Source: Thermoanaerobaculia bacterium (GTDB lineage Bacteria; Acidobacteriota; Thermoanaerobaculia; UBA5066). From it: a stretch of DNA of 64,000 nt. Of this stretch, positions 49,934 to 60,360 are shown in pieces. The first letter of the stretch is position 1. Each line of letters starts with the position of its first letter. Where the stretch lies: assembly GCA_963816185.1 (NCBI GenBank), contig CAWFJJ010000025.1, positions 448,001 through 512,000 on the forward strand, read 5' to 3'. The notes under the pieces are model-generated. The model worked only from the letters and a program-made list of their open reading frames with translations, was not told where the DNA came from and made no database searches. The translations under genes and the position numbers were made by a program.

Positions 49934-51730
49934 ATGAAAGAGCGAGACGGCCGTCCGAGAGAGGGAGCAGAAAGATCTTCTTCTTCCTCTTCTGGCGTCG
50001 AGCTTTCGCTCGACGCCGCTCGCGAGCGTCTCCGCGAGCGGGGATACCTCGACCGGGGAGTCGAGGGAGCCGTTCTCAAGGGCGCGCTCGCGGCGCGTAC
50101 GCGGACGCGCGCGTTCCTCCTCGGCGCGGCGACCGGGGCGGCGTTTCTCGCGGCCGCCGTGGCCCTCGCGCAGACGGTGCTCGTCGCCGTGTCCTCGTCA
50201 TTGCCGCTCCGGGATGCGGCCGTGCTCCTGCTCTGGCTCTTCGCGGGCGCCGCGGCGGTCGCCTCGCTCGTCGTCCTCGCGCTCGTCGTCCTCGCGCTCG
50301 CGAGGTCGCGCGCCCACGGGGACGCGGAAGATGGCTCCACGGAGATCGCGGTAACGTTCGGCGTTCTCGCCGGCGTCGCGGGCGTCCTCGCGGCGCGTCC
50401 CGCGCTCGAGAGCGCGGGACCGCCGGCAGCCGCGGCGGTCCTCCTCGCCGTCGCATTCGCGGTGCTCATCGCCGTGCGTGTGGCGCGGGGGCTCGCCTTC
50501 ACGGTGCTCGCGGCGTCGGGGCGCCTTTTCGTGACGCGGCCGCGCCGCACGTTCGTCGCGTGGGTCCTCGCGGGCGGAACGCTCGTCCTCGTCGGCATCT
50601 CCGCGCTCCTTTTCCGCGTTCCGACGGTCGGGGACGCCCCTCTCGTCGTGGCGGCGAACTCGCGGCGCGTCGTCGTCGTGGGCGTCGACGGTTGGACCGA
50701 GGACCTACCGGGAGTAGGGGCGGCGCGCGCGCGCTATACGAAGGAAGCGCGCGACCCGGCGGCCTTCTGGACGACGGTCGCAACCGGCGAAAGCGTGAAG
50801 CGCCACGGCATCGGCTCTCTCGACCTCGTGCGTGTTCTGGGCGTGAGATCGGCCGTGCGCCCTCTCGCGGGCGCCGGCTGGTATCTGAGAAACGTGCTGC
50901 CGGCCCTGCACCTGGCGCGGCGCGAGTCCGTCACGGCCGGTGCGAGGCGCGTGCCCGCGCTGTGGGAGGTTGCGAGCCGGGGCGGTATCCCGTCCCTCAC
51001 GGTGAACTGGTGGACGACATATCCGGCGGAGGCGGGCGGAGGAACGATTCTCGGAAACCATCTCTTCTTCGCGGCGCGCGCGGGCGCGTCGCTCGCCGGG
51101 GAAGGCTGGCCGGCCGATGCCGCCGAGCGCGCCGCCCACCTTGCGCCGCGCGTGGCGCCCGAGCCGGGCTCGCTCGAGCGCCTCGTGGCGGACGCGCGCG
51201 GCCTCGATGCCTTCGCGCTCGCGGCCTTTCGCGAGGCCTGGCGCCGCGACGCCCCGCGTCTCGCCCTGCTTTATCTCCCGGGGCCCGACATCCTCTCGTC
51301 CGCGCTCCTCGACCCGGAGCGCGGGACGGCCGACCGCGTCGCTCTCGCGGCGGCTCTGACCGAGGAGACGGCGAACCTGCGCGCGTTCCTCCTCGACCCG
51401 GGTCTCGCTCCCGCGCCCGACCTTCTCGTCCTCGTCCTCGACGCGGGCCGGCACGAGAGCGGCGGCGTCGTGCTCCTCGAGGGGCCGCTCGCGAAGGGAG
51501 GCGCGGAATCGACGCTCGCACCGGAGGACCTCGCGCCCACCGTCCTCTCGGTCCTGGGCGTTCCCGCCTCGCGCGAGATCGCCGGACGCGTGCGCGGCGA
51601 TCTCCTCGCGCCGGGCGCGACGGGCGGCGAGACGGTCGCGTCGTGGGGGCGCCGCCGCGCGAGCACCGTGCTCGCGGTGGATCCGAAGGCGTACGTCGAG
51701 AACCTAAGAAGCCTCGGGTACCTGAGATAG
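49934..51730 (+). CDS. Multi-TM membrane protein with alkaline phosphatase superfamily (nucleotide pyrophosphatase-like) domain
   Basis: About 6 TM helices, then VVVVGVDG, FWTTVATG..HGI, VNWWTTYPA, YLPGPD, DLAPTVL..LG; C-term ENLRSLGYL. Confidence 0.78.
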   Translation: MKERDGRPREGAERSSSSSSGVELSLDAARERLRERGYLDRGVEGAVLKGALAARTRTRAFLLGAATGAAFLAAAVALAQTVLVAVSSSLPLRDAAVLLLWLFAGAAAVASLVVLALVVLALARSRAHGDAEDGSTEIAVTFGVLAGVAGVLAARPALESAGPPAAAAVLLAVAFAVLIAVRVARGLAFTVLAASGRLFVTRPRRTFVAWVLAGGTLVLVGISALLFRVPTVGDAPLVVAANSRRVVVVGVDGWTEDLPGVGAARARYTKEARDPAAFWTTVATGESVKRHGIGSLDLVRVLGVRSAVRPLAGAGWYLRNVLPALHLARRESVTAGARRVPALWEVASRGGIPSLTVNWWTTYPAEAGGGTILGNHLFFAARAGASLAGEGWPADAAERAAHLAPRVAPEPGSLERLVADARGLDAFALAAFREAWRRDAPRLALLYLPGPDILSSALLDPERGTADRVALAAALTEETANLRAFLLDPGLAPAPDLLVLVLDAGRHESGGVVLLEGPLAKGGAESTLAPEDLAPTVLSVLGVPASREIAGRVRGDLLAPGATGGETVASWGRRRASTVLAVDPKAYVENLRSLGYLR

Positions 51731-51970
51731 AGAACTAGAAGAGGAAGATTCTTCTTAGAAAGAAAGGGGACCCAGGGGATTTTCTGATATTCGGGGCTGC
51801 TGATGCAGCCCGTCCGGCCTGATTGGACGCGGGGGTCCGGGGGCGCCCGAAGGCAAGCCCCCGGAGAGCGCGCGCTTTGCGCGCCGCACAGCGGTCGCGG
51901 ACCCTTGACATCGGTCATTCGGGAAATATCCTTCTTAGCAAGAAAATCTATTCTCTTTCTCTTCTCCTCA
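51727..51970. repeat. Structured intergenic element (REP/MITE-like) between convergent genes
   Basis: Imperfect terminal inverted purine/pyrimidine tracts; internal hairpins CCGGGGGC..GCCCCCGG, GCGCGC..GCGCGC and CCCGTCC..GGACGCGGG. Confidence 0.5.
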
Positions 51971-53125
51971 CAGCGGGCGCGTGTTCGTCATCATCGAGAG
52001 GAGCCGCGCGCCCTTCGGAATCGAGGAGAACGCGTGGAACAGCAGGACGACGCCGTCGTCCGGCGCGCGGACCTCCACGACGGAGTCCTGCGCGCGCGGC
52101 GGGATCGAGCAGCGCGAGGGATCGACCATGCGGGCGAGGAGATCGCCTTTTCTCACGGGGGTTCCGGGCGAAAGCGTGGCGTCCAGGAGTCCCGAGGCCG
52201 GCGCGTAGACGGACTTGTAGTCGAGCACGCTGCACGCCACGATGCGATACGCAGGCTCGTCGGGCTCGCCGTCGAGGACACCGTAATAGCGCAGGACCGA
52301 GGCGATTCGCCTGGCATCCTCGACGCCCTGGGCCATCGAGAACGCGTTCATGGAGCCCAGCTCGACCGTGAACCCGTCCACGAACCGCCGGACGTCCGTG
52401 CGATTCAGGCGGCGAAAGGCTTCCGAAAGGTCGTTCCACGGCACGAACGACGCCTCGTCCAGAGCGCCGGCGAAGCGGGGCGGCACCTCGAGGACGAAGG
52501 GGATCCCGAAGGCGCGCGTCGCCGCGATCGCGCCCTCGGGCGCGTAGACGTATCGCGGGGCGCGGTCACCCGTGTGGAGATCGAGGACGACGTCGGCCTC
52601 GATCGCGAGCTCCTGGATCGCGAGGGCGAACTCGAGGCGGGACTCCATGCCCCACGGCCCGACGGAGTCGCGCACGGCCGCGAGCGCGGCTTTGAGGGCT
52701 TCGCGGAAGCCGTCCCGGATCTCGGCGAGCGTTGCGTCGCGGTGGACGGCGGCGAAGGCGTCCACGTCCACGTAGCACGCGGAGCTGCCGCGCGAGGGCC
52801 CCGTCAGGTTGATGTAACCGCGGTTGAAGTTGAGTCCGCTCGCGAAGTCGAAAACGCCCGACACGTAGTCGCCGATCTGCTGGTTCGCCGCGACCGGATT
52901 CACGCGGGGCACGAGGATGAGGCTTCCGCGCGGGGGCTCTTTCTCGAGGAGGTCGAAGAGGGCGAGGATCGCCGCGTTACCCTGCAGCTCGGCTCCGTGG
53001 ACGTTCGCCTGGATGTACGCGAGTGGCCGCGGATTACGGCCATGGCAGCAGAAGACCGGGGCGGTCATCGCCTGGCCGACGGCACTCGTCCGGAGGACGA
53101 GCTCCTTGCGCTCCCAGTGGGCCAT
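51968..53125 (-). CDS. Succinylglutamate desuccinylase/aspartoacylase (M14) family protein
   Basis: QANVHGAELQG, VPRVNP, NFNR, VLDLHTG, FTVELGS; C-terminal barrel-sandwich domain. Confidence 0.88.
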   Translation of the reverse strand: MAHWERKELVLRTSAVGQAMTAPVFCCHGRNPRPLAYIQANVHGAELQGNAAILALFDLLEKEPPRGSLILVPRVNPVAANQQIGDYVSGVFDFASGLNFNRGYINLTGPSRGSSACYVDVDAFAAVHRDATLAEIRDGFREALKAALAAVRDSVGPWGMESRLEFALAIQELAIEADVVLDLHTGDRAPRYVYAPEGAIAATRAFGIPFVLEVPPRFAGALDEASFVPWNDLSEAFRRLNRTDVRRFVDGFTVELGSMNAFSMAQGVEDARRIASVLRYYGVLDGEPDEPAYRIVACSVLDYKSVYAPASGLLDATLSPGTPVRKGDLLARMVDPSRCSIPPRAQDSVVEVRAPDDGVVLLFHAFSSIPKGARLLSMMTNTRPL

Positions 53126-53163
53126 GTTCGAGAAGAAGTCTACAGGTGAGTCGGTGACATCAC

Positions 53164-54600
53164 TCAGGGCTTTTGCGGTCCAGGTGTCGCGAGCGGAGGC
53201 GGGAGCGGGACGTCGCTCCATCCGCCGCCGAGCGCGCGATAGAAGGATACGAAGGCCGTGAGCCGGTCGCGGCGCGTCTGGACGAGGGCGGTCTCGGCGG
53301 GGAGAAGCTGCTGGAGCGCGTCGAGGACCTCGAAATAGGCCGAGAGTCCGGACTCGTACCGCCGGGTCGCGAGGCGCACCGACTCCCGCGCCGCATTGAC
53401 CGCGCGGGCGCGCTCGGCCTCCTCGGCGGCGAGCTTGTCGATCGCGACGAGATCGCTCGAGACTTCTCCCAGGGCTCGCGTGACCGCCTGCTCGTACGTC
53501 ACGCGGGCCTCGTCGAACTGCGCGCGCGCGGCGCGTTCCTGCGAGCGAAGGCCGCCTCCGGCGAAAAGAGGGCCGAGAAGGCCCGCCCCGATGGACCAGG
53601 TTCGCCCGGCGGCGAAGAGGTCGCGAAGGCTTGGGCTGAGCCCGCCGAGGAGCCCTGTGAGGCTCAGCGTGGGGTAGAAGGCCGCGCGCGCGACGCCGAC
53701 GTTCGCGTTCGCGGCGATGAAGTTCTGCTCGGCCGCACGCACGTCGGGCCGCCGAAGGAGGAGCGCCGACGGCAGCCCCGCGGGGACGGCGGGCGGCAGG
53801 GCCTGCTCGGTGAGGACGCCGCCGCGCGGGACGGGCCCGGGCGGGCGCCCGAGGAGGAGCGTGATCTGGTTCTCGCGCGCCACGATGCGCTGCTCGAGGA
53901 CCGGAATTCCGGCCGACGCGTTCGCGAGGAGGACCTCGGCCCGCGAGGTCTCGAGAGCGGAGGCGGCGCCGCCCTCGAGCCGGCGGTTGAAGAGGTCGTA
54001 CGTGTCCTGGAACGTCGCGCGCGTGCGCCGCGAGATCTCGAGCTCCGCGTCCAGCTCCCGGAGGTCGAAGTACGCCGACGCGACGTCCGCGACGAGCGAG
54101 AGGTCGACGCCGCGTCGTCCCTCCTCGGTCGCGAGGTACTGCGCCCGCGCCGCCTCGTTCAACCGGCGGATGCGCCCCCAGACGTCGAGCTCCCAGGACA
54201 GGAGGCCGTTCGCGGAGACCTGATTTCCGGTCACGTTTCCAGGCGTGGAATATTTCGACGTGTGCACGCGGCTCACGCCCGCCGAAACGCCGATTTCCGG
54301 GTAATAGAGCGAGCCCGCGATGCCGTAGCGGGCCCGCGCCTCCTCGACGCGCGCCGCGGCGAGGCGCACGTCGTAGCCGTTGCGGAGCGCCTCCTCGATC
54401 AGCGAGCGGAGAGCCGGGTCGTTGAAGAGATCCCACCACTTCGTGTCCGCGAGCGACGCTTCCGAGGAGGGCCCGGGCGATCCGTAGAAGCTCTCGGGCG
54501 CGGGAAGGTCGGGTCGCCTGTAGTTCGGGCCCACCGCGCAGCCTGCGAGCGTGCCGGCTGCGGCGACGACGAACGCGAGGACAGGGGTGATGCGCTTCAC
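53164..54600 (-). CDS. RND efflux outer-membrane factor lipoprotein (NodT/OprM family)
   Basis: Lipobox LAGC-AVGPNY, WWDLFNDP, SWELDVWGRIR, LLLRRPDV, YRALGGGW. Confidence 0.95.
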   Translation of the reverse strand: MKRITPVLAFVVAAAGTLAGCAVGPNYRRPDLPAPESFYGSPGPSSEASLADTKWWDLFNDPALRSLIEEALRNGYDVRLAAARVEEARARYGIAGSLYYPEIGVSAGVSRVHTSKYSTPGNVTGNQVSANGLLSWELDVWGRIRRLNEAARAQYLATEEGRRGVDLSLVADVASAYFDLRELDAELEISRRTRATFQDTYDLFNRRLEGGAASALETSRAEVLLANASAGIPVLEQRIVARENQITLLLGRPPGPVPRGGVLTEQALPPAVPAGLPSALLLRRPDVRAAEQNFIAANANVGVARAAFYPTLSLTGLLGGLSPSLRDLFAAGRTWSIGAGLLGPLFAGGGLRSQERAARAQFDEARVTYEQAVTRALGEVSSDLVAIDKLAAEEAERARAVNAARESVRLATRRYESGLSAYFEVLDALQQLLPAETALVQTRRDRLTAFVSFYRALGGGWSDVPLPPPLATPGPQKP

Positions 54601-57600
54601 GGACGAGCCTCCGACGAGGCGAGGGCGGGCGACGCCTGCGTCTTCCCGCGCATGCTTCCGAGCCTTCGCTCGACGACGACGAAGAGAACCGGGATGAGAA
54701 AGACTCCGAGGCAGGTCGCGGAGAGCATCCCCGCGACGACGACGGTGCCGAGAATCCTCCGCGCGGAGGCGCCCGCGCCCTGGGCGATCCAGAGCGGCAC
54801 GCAGCCGAGGATGAAGGCGAACGACGTCATGAGGATGGGCCTCAGGCGAAGCTGCGCGCCCTCGAGCGCGGCCTCGACGAGGTCCTTCCCCGCCTCGAGC
54901 CTCGCCTTCGCGAATTCCACGATCAGGATCGCGTTCTTGGCCGCGAGGCCGATGAGGACGATGAGGCCGATCTGCCCGTAGACGTCGAAGTCGTAATGGC
55001 GAAGGAGGAGACCGAGGAAACCGCCGAGGACCGCGACGGGCACCGACAGGAGAACGCTGAGCGGCAGCGACCAGCTTTCGTAAAGGGCCGCGAGGATGAG
55101 AAAGACGAACACGAGCGAGAGAGCGAAGATCCGCCCGGTCGTGCCCGACGCCTTCTTCTCCTGATAGGACAGGTCCGACCAGTCGTATCCGATCTCGCGC
55201 GGGAGAGTCTGCGCGGCGACCTGCTCGAGCGCCGCCATCGCCTGGCCCGAGCTGTAGCCCGCGGCCGCGCTGCCCGTGACCTGCGCGGCGCGGTAGAGGT
55301 TGAACCGCTGCGTGTATTCGGGCCCGGCGACCTGGCGGATCGTCGTCAACGCCGAGAGCGGCACCATCTGTCCCTGCGTGTTACGCACGTAGAACCCCGC
55401 GATGTCCTCGGGCTTGAGCCGGTCCGCGGCGTCCGCCTGCATGAAGACGCGCCACTGGCGGCCGAAGCGGTTGAACTGGTTGATGTACGTCCCGCCCAGG
55501 AACGTCTGTAGGCTCTGGTACACGTCGGCGACGGGGACGCCCTGCTTGAGGGCCTTGTCCCGGTCGACGTCGACGAAGACCTGCGGCACGGCGGCGCGGA
55601 ACGCGCTGTTCACGTTTCCGATCTCCGGCCTCTTGCGCGCCGCCTCGAGGAACTTCTGCAGGTTCTCGTTCAGGAAGTCCACCGAGCCGCCCGTCCGGTC
55701 CTGAAGCCAGAGCGAGAATCCCCCGGCATAGCCCAGGCCGGGAATCGCCGGCGGCATGAACGCGAAAATGGTTGCCTCGGAGATCTCGGATCGAAAGCGC
55801 TTGTTCAGGCGGTCGATCAGGCTCTTGGCGTCGAGGCCGCCCTTGTCACGCTCGTGCCACGGCTCGAGCGACACGAAGAAGAAGCCGTTGTACGTCGCCG
55901 AGACGAACGAGAGAAGGCTGAAACCGGCGACTGTGTTGTAGTACTTGATGCCCTTCGTCTCGCCGAGGATCTTCTCGACCTTGCGGCAGACATCGTCGGT
56001 GCGTTGCAGCGAGGCCGCGTCTGGGAGCTGGATGTTCAGGTAGAAGTAACCCGGGTCCTCGTCGGGAACGAAGCTCCCCGGGATCTTCTTGCCGAGGCCC
56101 AAGGCGGCGACGGCGAAGACCGCGAGGATCAGAAGGGCGACGACCGAACGGCGGATGAGGAGGCCGGACACCGAGATGTAGCCGCTCCTGGCGCGCGTGA
56201 AGATCCGGTTGAAGCCGCCGAAGAACCGCGCGAGGACGCCCCGGCTCTCCGTACGCGGGCGGAGGAGCAGCGCCGAGAGCGCGGGCGAAAGGCTGAGCGC
56301 ATTGAATGCGGAGATGAGGACGGAGATCGCGATCGTCACCGCGAACTGCTTGTTCAGCCGCCCCTGGATGCCGCCGAGGAAGGCGACGGGCAGGAAGACG
56401 GACGACAGGATGAGCGCGATCGCGACGACGGGACCCGACACCTCGCGCATGGCCTGGAGCGTCGCGTCGCGCGGCGTCATTCCCTCCTCGATGTGGTGCT
56501 CGACCGCCTCGACGACGACGATCGCGTCGTCCACGACGAGCCCGATCGCGAGGACGAGCCCGAAGAGAGACAACGTGTTGATCGAGAACCCGAGGAGCGG
56601 AAAGACTGCGAACGTGCCGATGAGCGAAACCGGGACGGCGACGAGAGGGATGAGCGTCGCCCGCCAATTCTGGAGGAACAGGAAGACGACGAGGAGGACG
56701 AGAAGCAGGGCCTCACTGAGCGTGATGACGATCTCGCGGATGCCTTCGGTGACGGGCGCCGTCGTGTCGACGGAGACCGCGTAGTCGATGTCCTCCGGGA
56801 AGCGCTGTTTGAGCTCCTCCATCGCCTTGCGGACGGCCTGGGACACGGAGAGCGCGTTCGACCCTGGCGCCCCGTAGATGGCGATGATCGACGCCGCCTT
56901 CCCGTTCATGCGTCCGATCTGCTTGTACGTCAGCGCGCCGAGCTCGATGCGCGAGACGTCGCCCAGGCGCACGACCGAGCCGTCCGGGTTCAGGCGGACG
57001 ACGATCTTCGCGAACTGCTCCGGCGTCAGGAGCCGGCCCTGGGAGCGGACCGCGTACGTGAACTCCTGGCCCTTCGGTGCCGGCTCGGCGCCGACCTGAC
57101 CGGCGGGATTGACGGTGCTCTGCTGCTGAACCGCGCGCGCGAGGTCGGCGACCGTGAGGCCTAGCTTCGCGAGCTGATCGGGATGGATCCAGATCCGCAT
57201 CGCGTACTCGGACGCGCCGAAGTTGAGGACCTGCCCGACGCCGTTGACCCGGTAGAGCGCGTCGTTGACGTTGATGAGCGCGTAGTTTCCGAGGAAGAGG
57301 CCGTCGTACGTCCCCTTCGGCGAGAAGAGCGAAATGAGCACGAGCGGCGTGCCCTGCGTCTTGCGGTAGGTGAGCCCGAACTGGTTCACCTCGACCGGGA
57401 GGCTCGGCAGAGCCTGCGCCACGCGGTTCTGCGCGTTCACCTGGTCGGCGTTGCGGTCGGTGCCGACGTCGAACGTGACCCTCACGGTGATCGTGCCGTC
57501 GTTCGCGTTGACCGACTGGAGGTAGAGCATGTCCTCGACGCCGTTCATCTGCTGCTCGATCGGCGTCGCGACGGACTGCTCGATCGTGAGAGCGTCGGCG

Positions 57601-57752
57601 CCCGGGTACGAGGTCTGGATCTGAATGAGCGGCGGGACGATGTCGGGAAACTGCTCGACGGGCAGGCCGAGCATCGCGATGAGGCCGCCGAGGACGGTCA
57701 GGATCGCGATGACGATCGCGACGATGGGCCTGTTGATGAAGAAGCGGGCCAC
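54597..57752 (-). CDS. HAE1-family RND efflux permease (AcrB/MexF-like)
   Basis: MARFFINRPI, AIGLVVDDAIVVVE, GLAAKNAILIVEFA, RLRPILMTSFAF. Confidence 0.97.
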   Translation of the reverse strand: MARFFINRPIVAIVIAILTVLGGLIAMLGLPVEQFPDIVPPLIQIQTSYPGADALTIEQSVATPIEQQMNGVEDMLYLQSVNANDGTITVRVTFDVGTDRNADQVNAQNRVAQALPSLPVEVNQFGLTYRKTQGTPLVLISLFSPKGTYDGLFLGNYALINVNDALYRVNGVGQVLNFGASEYAMRIWIHPDQLAKLGLTVADLARAVQQQSTVNPAGQVGAEPAPKGQEFTYAVRSQGRLLTPEQFAKIVVRLNPDGSVVRLGDVSRIELGALTYKQIGRMNGKAASIIAIYGAPGSNALSVSQAVRKAMEELKQRFPEDIDYAVSVDTTAPVTEGIREIVITLSEALLLVLLVVFLFLQNWRATLIPLVAVPVSLIGTFAVFPLLGFSINTLSLFGLVLAIGLVVDDAIVVVEAVEHHIEEGMTPRDATLQAMREVSGPVVAIALILSSVFLPVAFLGGIQGRLNKQFAVTIAISVLISAFNALSLSPALSALLLRPRTESRGVLARFFGGFNRIFTRARSGYISVSGLLIRRSVVALLILAVFAVAALGLGKKIPGSFVPDEDPGYFYLNIQLPDAASLQRTDDVCRKVEKILGETKGIKYYNTVAGFSLLSFVSATYNGFFFVSLEPWHERDKGGLDAKSLIDRLNKRFRSEISEATIFAFMPPAIPGLGYAGGFSLWLQDRTGGSVDFLNENLQKFLEAARKRPEIGNVNSAFRAAVPQVFVDVDRDKALKQGVPVADVYQSLQTFLGGTYINQFNRFGRQWRVFMQADAADRLKPEDIAGFYVRNTQGQMVPLSALTTIRQVAGPEYTQRFNLYRAAQVTGSAAAGYSSGQAMAALEQVAAQTLPREIGYDWSDLSYQEKKASGTTGRIFALSLVFVFLILAALYESWSLPLSVLLSVPVAVLGGFLGLLLRHYDFDVYGQIGLIVLIGLAAKNAILIVEFAKARLEAGKDLVEAALEGAQLRLRPILMTSFAFILGCVPLWIAQGAGASARRILGTVVVAGMLSATCLGVFLIPVLFVVVERRLGSMRGKTQASPALASSEARP

Positions 57753-57756
57753 GGCG

Positions 57757-58893
57757 TCACTTCCCGGCGCTCGCGGTCAGGGGCGGCGCGGCCGTCGTCG
57801 AGGGCGCTGCCGCCGCGGCGTCGACGGGCGCGACCGCCGTCCCCGTCTTGACGCGGGAGAACCCTTCGACGACGACGCGCTCCCCGGCGGCGAGCCCGCT
57901 CTCGATGACCCACATGCTCCCCACGCGCTCGGCCGCCTTGACCGTCCGGATCTGCGCCTTGTCGTCCGCGCCGATGACCGCGACCTGATACGCGCCCTGC
58001 ATCTCGTTGACCGCGCGCTGGGGGATCAGGATCGCGCCCTTCCGCACCTTCACGACCGCGCGAACCTTCGCGTACTGACCGGGACGGAGGACGTTGCCTG
58101 GGTTTGGGAAGAGTCCGATGGCGGCGATCGTTCCGGTGCGCACGTCCACCTCGCGCCCCGTGAGGAGAACGTGTCCCTTGCGCGGGAAGACGGTGCCGTC
58201 CGAGAGGATGAGCTCGAGCTGGGCATTCCGCATGGCCGGATCTCGCTCGAGCGCGAGGTACTCCTGCTCGCCGAGCTGGTAGAGGACGCGCAGGGGATCC
58301 ACCTTGGAGACCGTCGTGAGCACGGTCTGCCCGTTGACGAGGTCGCCGACCTGCTGCTGCGCGATTCCCGCGATGCCCGGAATCGGGGACGTGACCCGGG
58401 TCCACGACAGGTTGAGCCTGGCCTGTGCGACGGCCGCCTCGAGGGCGCCGACCGTCGCCCGCGCTCCACGCTGCGCCGAGCGCGCGTTGTCGAGCTCCTG
58501 CTGGCTGATGGCGTGCTCGGTCGCGAGAGGCTCGGCGCGCGCCACGTCGAGGTCCGCCTTCGCGAGCGCGGCCTTCGCCTGCTCGAGGTTCGCCTGCGCC
58601 TGCTGGAGCTGGGCCTCGAACTGGCGCGGATCGATCTCGAAGAGGAGCTCGCCCTGCTGGACGAAACTTCCCTCCTTGTAGACGCGCCGGAGGAGGTAAC
58701 CCTCCACGTGCGGCCGGATGTCCGCGTTCACGTCCCCCTCCGTCGTGCCGATCCACTCCCTCACGATCGGCTCGTCGCGCTGGATCGCCGGGGTCACGAC
58801 GACCTTCGGAGGGGCGGCGGGCGCCGGAGCCTTCCCGCGGGAACAGGCGAGCGCGGCGAGGGGAAGGGCGAGGACGAGGAGGTGTCTTCTCAT
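57757..58893 (-). CDS. RND efflux periplasmic adaptor (MFP) lipoprotein
   Basis: Lipobox ALAC; IRPHVEGYL..EGSFVQQGELLFEIDP, VTSPIPGIAG, LRPGQYA. Confidence 0.95.
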   Translation of the reverse strand: MRRHLLVLALPLAALACSRGKAPAPAAPPKVVVTPAIQRDEPIVREWIGTTEGDVNADIRPHVEGYLLRRVYKEGSFVQQGELLFEIDPRQFEAQLQQAQANLEQAKAALAKADLDVARAEPLATEHAISQQELDNARSAQRGARATVGALEAAVAQARLNLSWTRVTSPIPGIAGIAQQQVGDLVNGQTVLTTVSKVDPLRVLYQLGEQEYLALERDPAMRNAQLELILSDGTVFPRKGHVLLTGREVDVRTGTIAAIGLFPNPGNVLRPGQYAKVRAVVKVRKGAILIPQRAVNEMQGAYQVAVIGADDKAQIRTVKAAERVGSMWVIESGLAAGERVVVEGFSRVKTGTAVAPVDAAAAAPSTTAAPPLTASAGK

Positions 58894-59726
58894 GCGATCT
58901 CTCTTCCGATCTCTTTTCCACCGGCTCCGCCGGGAGGAACGGTGAGGACGGGACAATGGGCGCCGCGCACGATCGGGTGCGTGACCCCACCGAGGACGTG
59001 GCGGTGGACCCCGACGACAAGAAGGTCGGCGGACTCCTCCTCGGCGATCCGCACGAGGACGTGCGACGGCGAGCCGGGAACCACGCGGGTCGAAACGCGC
59101 CCGGGGGACGCGTCGAGGGAAGCGACGGCGCGGCCGACGCTCCGGCGCGCCTCCTCGAGGAGGGCCGGTCCGTAGGACGCGGGAACGAGGCCGTGCCTGC
59201 CCTCCTCCGGCAGATCCTTCACCGCGTGAACGACGACGAGCTCGGCTGAGGAGCGGCGCGCGAGGGCGGCCGCATAGCGCAGGGGCGCGGGATCCTCGAG
59301 GTCGGCGCCGCACACGACCTTCCGGATCGGGCCGCCCGCGTGCCAGGAGCCGCGGAGCGTCGCGACCGGCCGGCCGGCCCGGTGCAGCACCTTCTCGGCG
59401 ACGGACCCGAGCATCAGACGCTCCAAACCCCGGCCGCCGTGCGTCCCCATGACGATGGCCGGCGCGCCGAGCGCCGCGGCGCGCCGGACGATCGAATCCG
59501 CGGGTTCGCCCTCTGCGGATTCCGTGTGGACGGAAAGGCCCGTCCCGGCGAGGCCTTCGGCGAGCGCCGCGAGGCGTGCGATCGCGTCCGCCGCGTCTCC
59601 GCGCTCCCTCGCGTGAAAGAGCGTGATCGGGGCGCCGGTGAGCCCCGCGAAAACGCCGGCAAATCGCACGGTCGTCTCCGCGAGGGCGGTGAGGTCGACG
59701 GCGCACAGGACGGGCGCGGACATCAC
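58890..59726 (-). CDS. Tandem universal stress protein (USP)
   Basis: VLCAVDL, IVMGTHGGRGLERLMLGSVAEKVL, second domain ..IVRGAHCPVLTV. Confidence 0.92.
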   Translation of the reverse strand: MMSAPVLCAVDLTALAETTVRFAGVFAGLTGAPITLFHARERGDAADAIARLAALAEGLAGTGLSVHTESAEGEPADSIVRRAAALGAPAIVMGTHGGRGLERLMLGSVAEKVLHRAGRPVATLRGSWHAGGPIRKVVCGADLEDPAPLRYAAALARRSSAELVVVHAVKDLPEEGRHGLVPASYGPALLEEARRSVGRAVASLDASPGRVSTRVVPGSPSHVLVRIAEEESADLLVVGVHRHVLGGVTHPIVRGAHCPVLTVPPGGAGGKEIGREIA

Positions 59727-60334
59727 GCCGTCCCTCGATCGGCCGAGAGGCCGGCGACGAAAACGTCCCGGAGAAAGCGCGCGTCGGCCTCGGGAGGAGG
59801 CGGCTGCTTTTCGTGAATACGCCTGAGGATGAGGTCTCGCGCGGCGCCGGCGATCGCGATGGCGGACCGCTCCGGATCGAGGCTCTTCAGCTCGCCCCGC
59901 CGCCGCCCGCGCCTGATCAACGCGGCGAGCTGCTCGATGTGGAGGCGGTAGCGGCGGCTCTGCCGCAGCCGGCGGTCCTCCGAGTACTCGCCGGAGGCGA
60001 AATAGGGGCGGAAGAAGTCACGGTTCTCGTCGAAATAGGCGAACTGCGCGGTGAGGACACGCTCGAGCGCTTCGGCGAAGGGCTCCGCCCCGGCGCCGTC
60101 GGCGGCGTGCTGCAGGCGTTCGAGGAGATCGTCGACCGCGGCTCCGATCGTCTTCTCGAGGATCTCGTCCCGGGAGCGGAAATAAAGGTAGAGAGTTCCC
60201 TTCGCGACACCTGCCTCGCGGGCGATGTCGTCGACGGTCGTCTTCTCGAGTCCCTTGCGCCCGACCACCCGCATCGCCGCCTCGCAGATCGCGCGGCAAC
60301 GGAATTCCTCGACCACCTGCTTCTTCGTCGGCAT
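59723..60334 (-). CDS. TetR/AcrR-family regulator
   Basis: TTVDDIAREAGVAKGTLYLYFRSRDEI. Confidence 0.95.
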   Translation of the reverse strand: MPTKKQVVEEFRCRAICEAAMRVVGRKGLEKTTVDDIAREAGVAKGTLYLYFRSRDEILEKTIGAAVDDLLERLQHAADGAGAEPFAEALERVLTAQFAYFDENRDFFRPYFASGEYSEDRRLRQSRRYRLHIEQLAALIRRGRRRGELKSLDPERSAIAIAGAARDLILRRIHEKQPPPPEADARFLRDVFVAGLSADRGTA

Positions 60335-60360
60335 AGAAAAGAAAATGGCTAGTCCAACAA

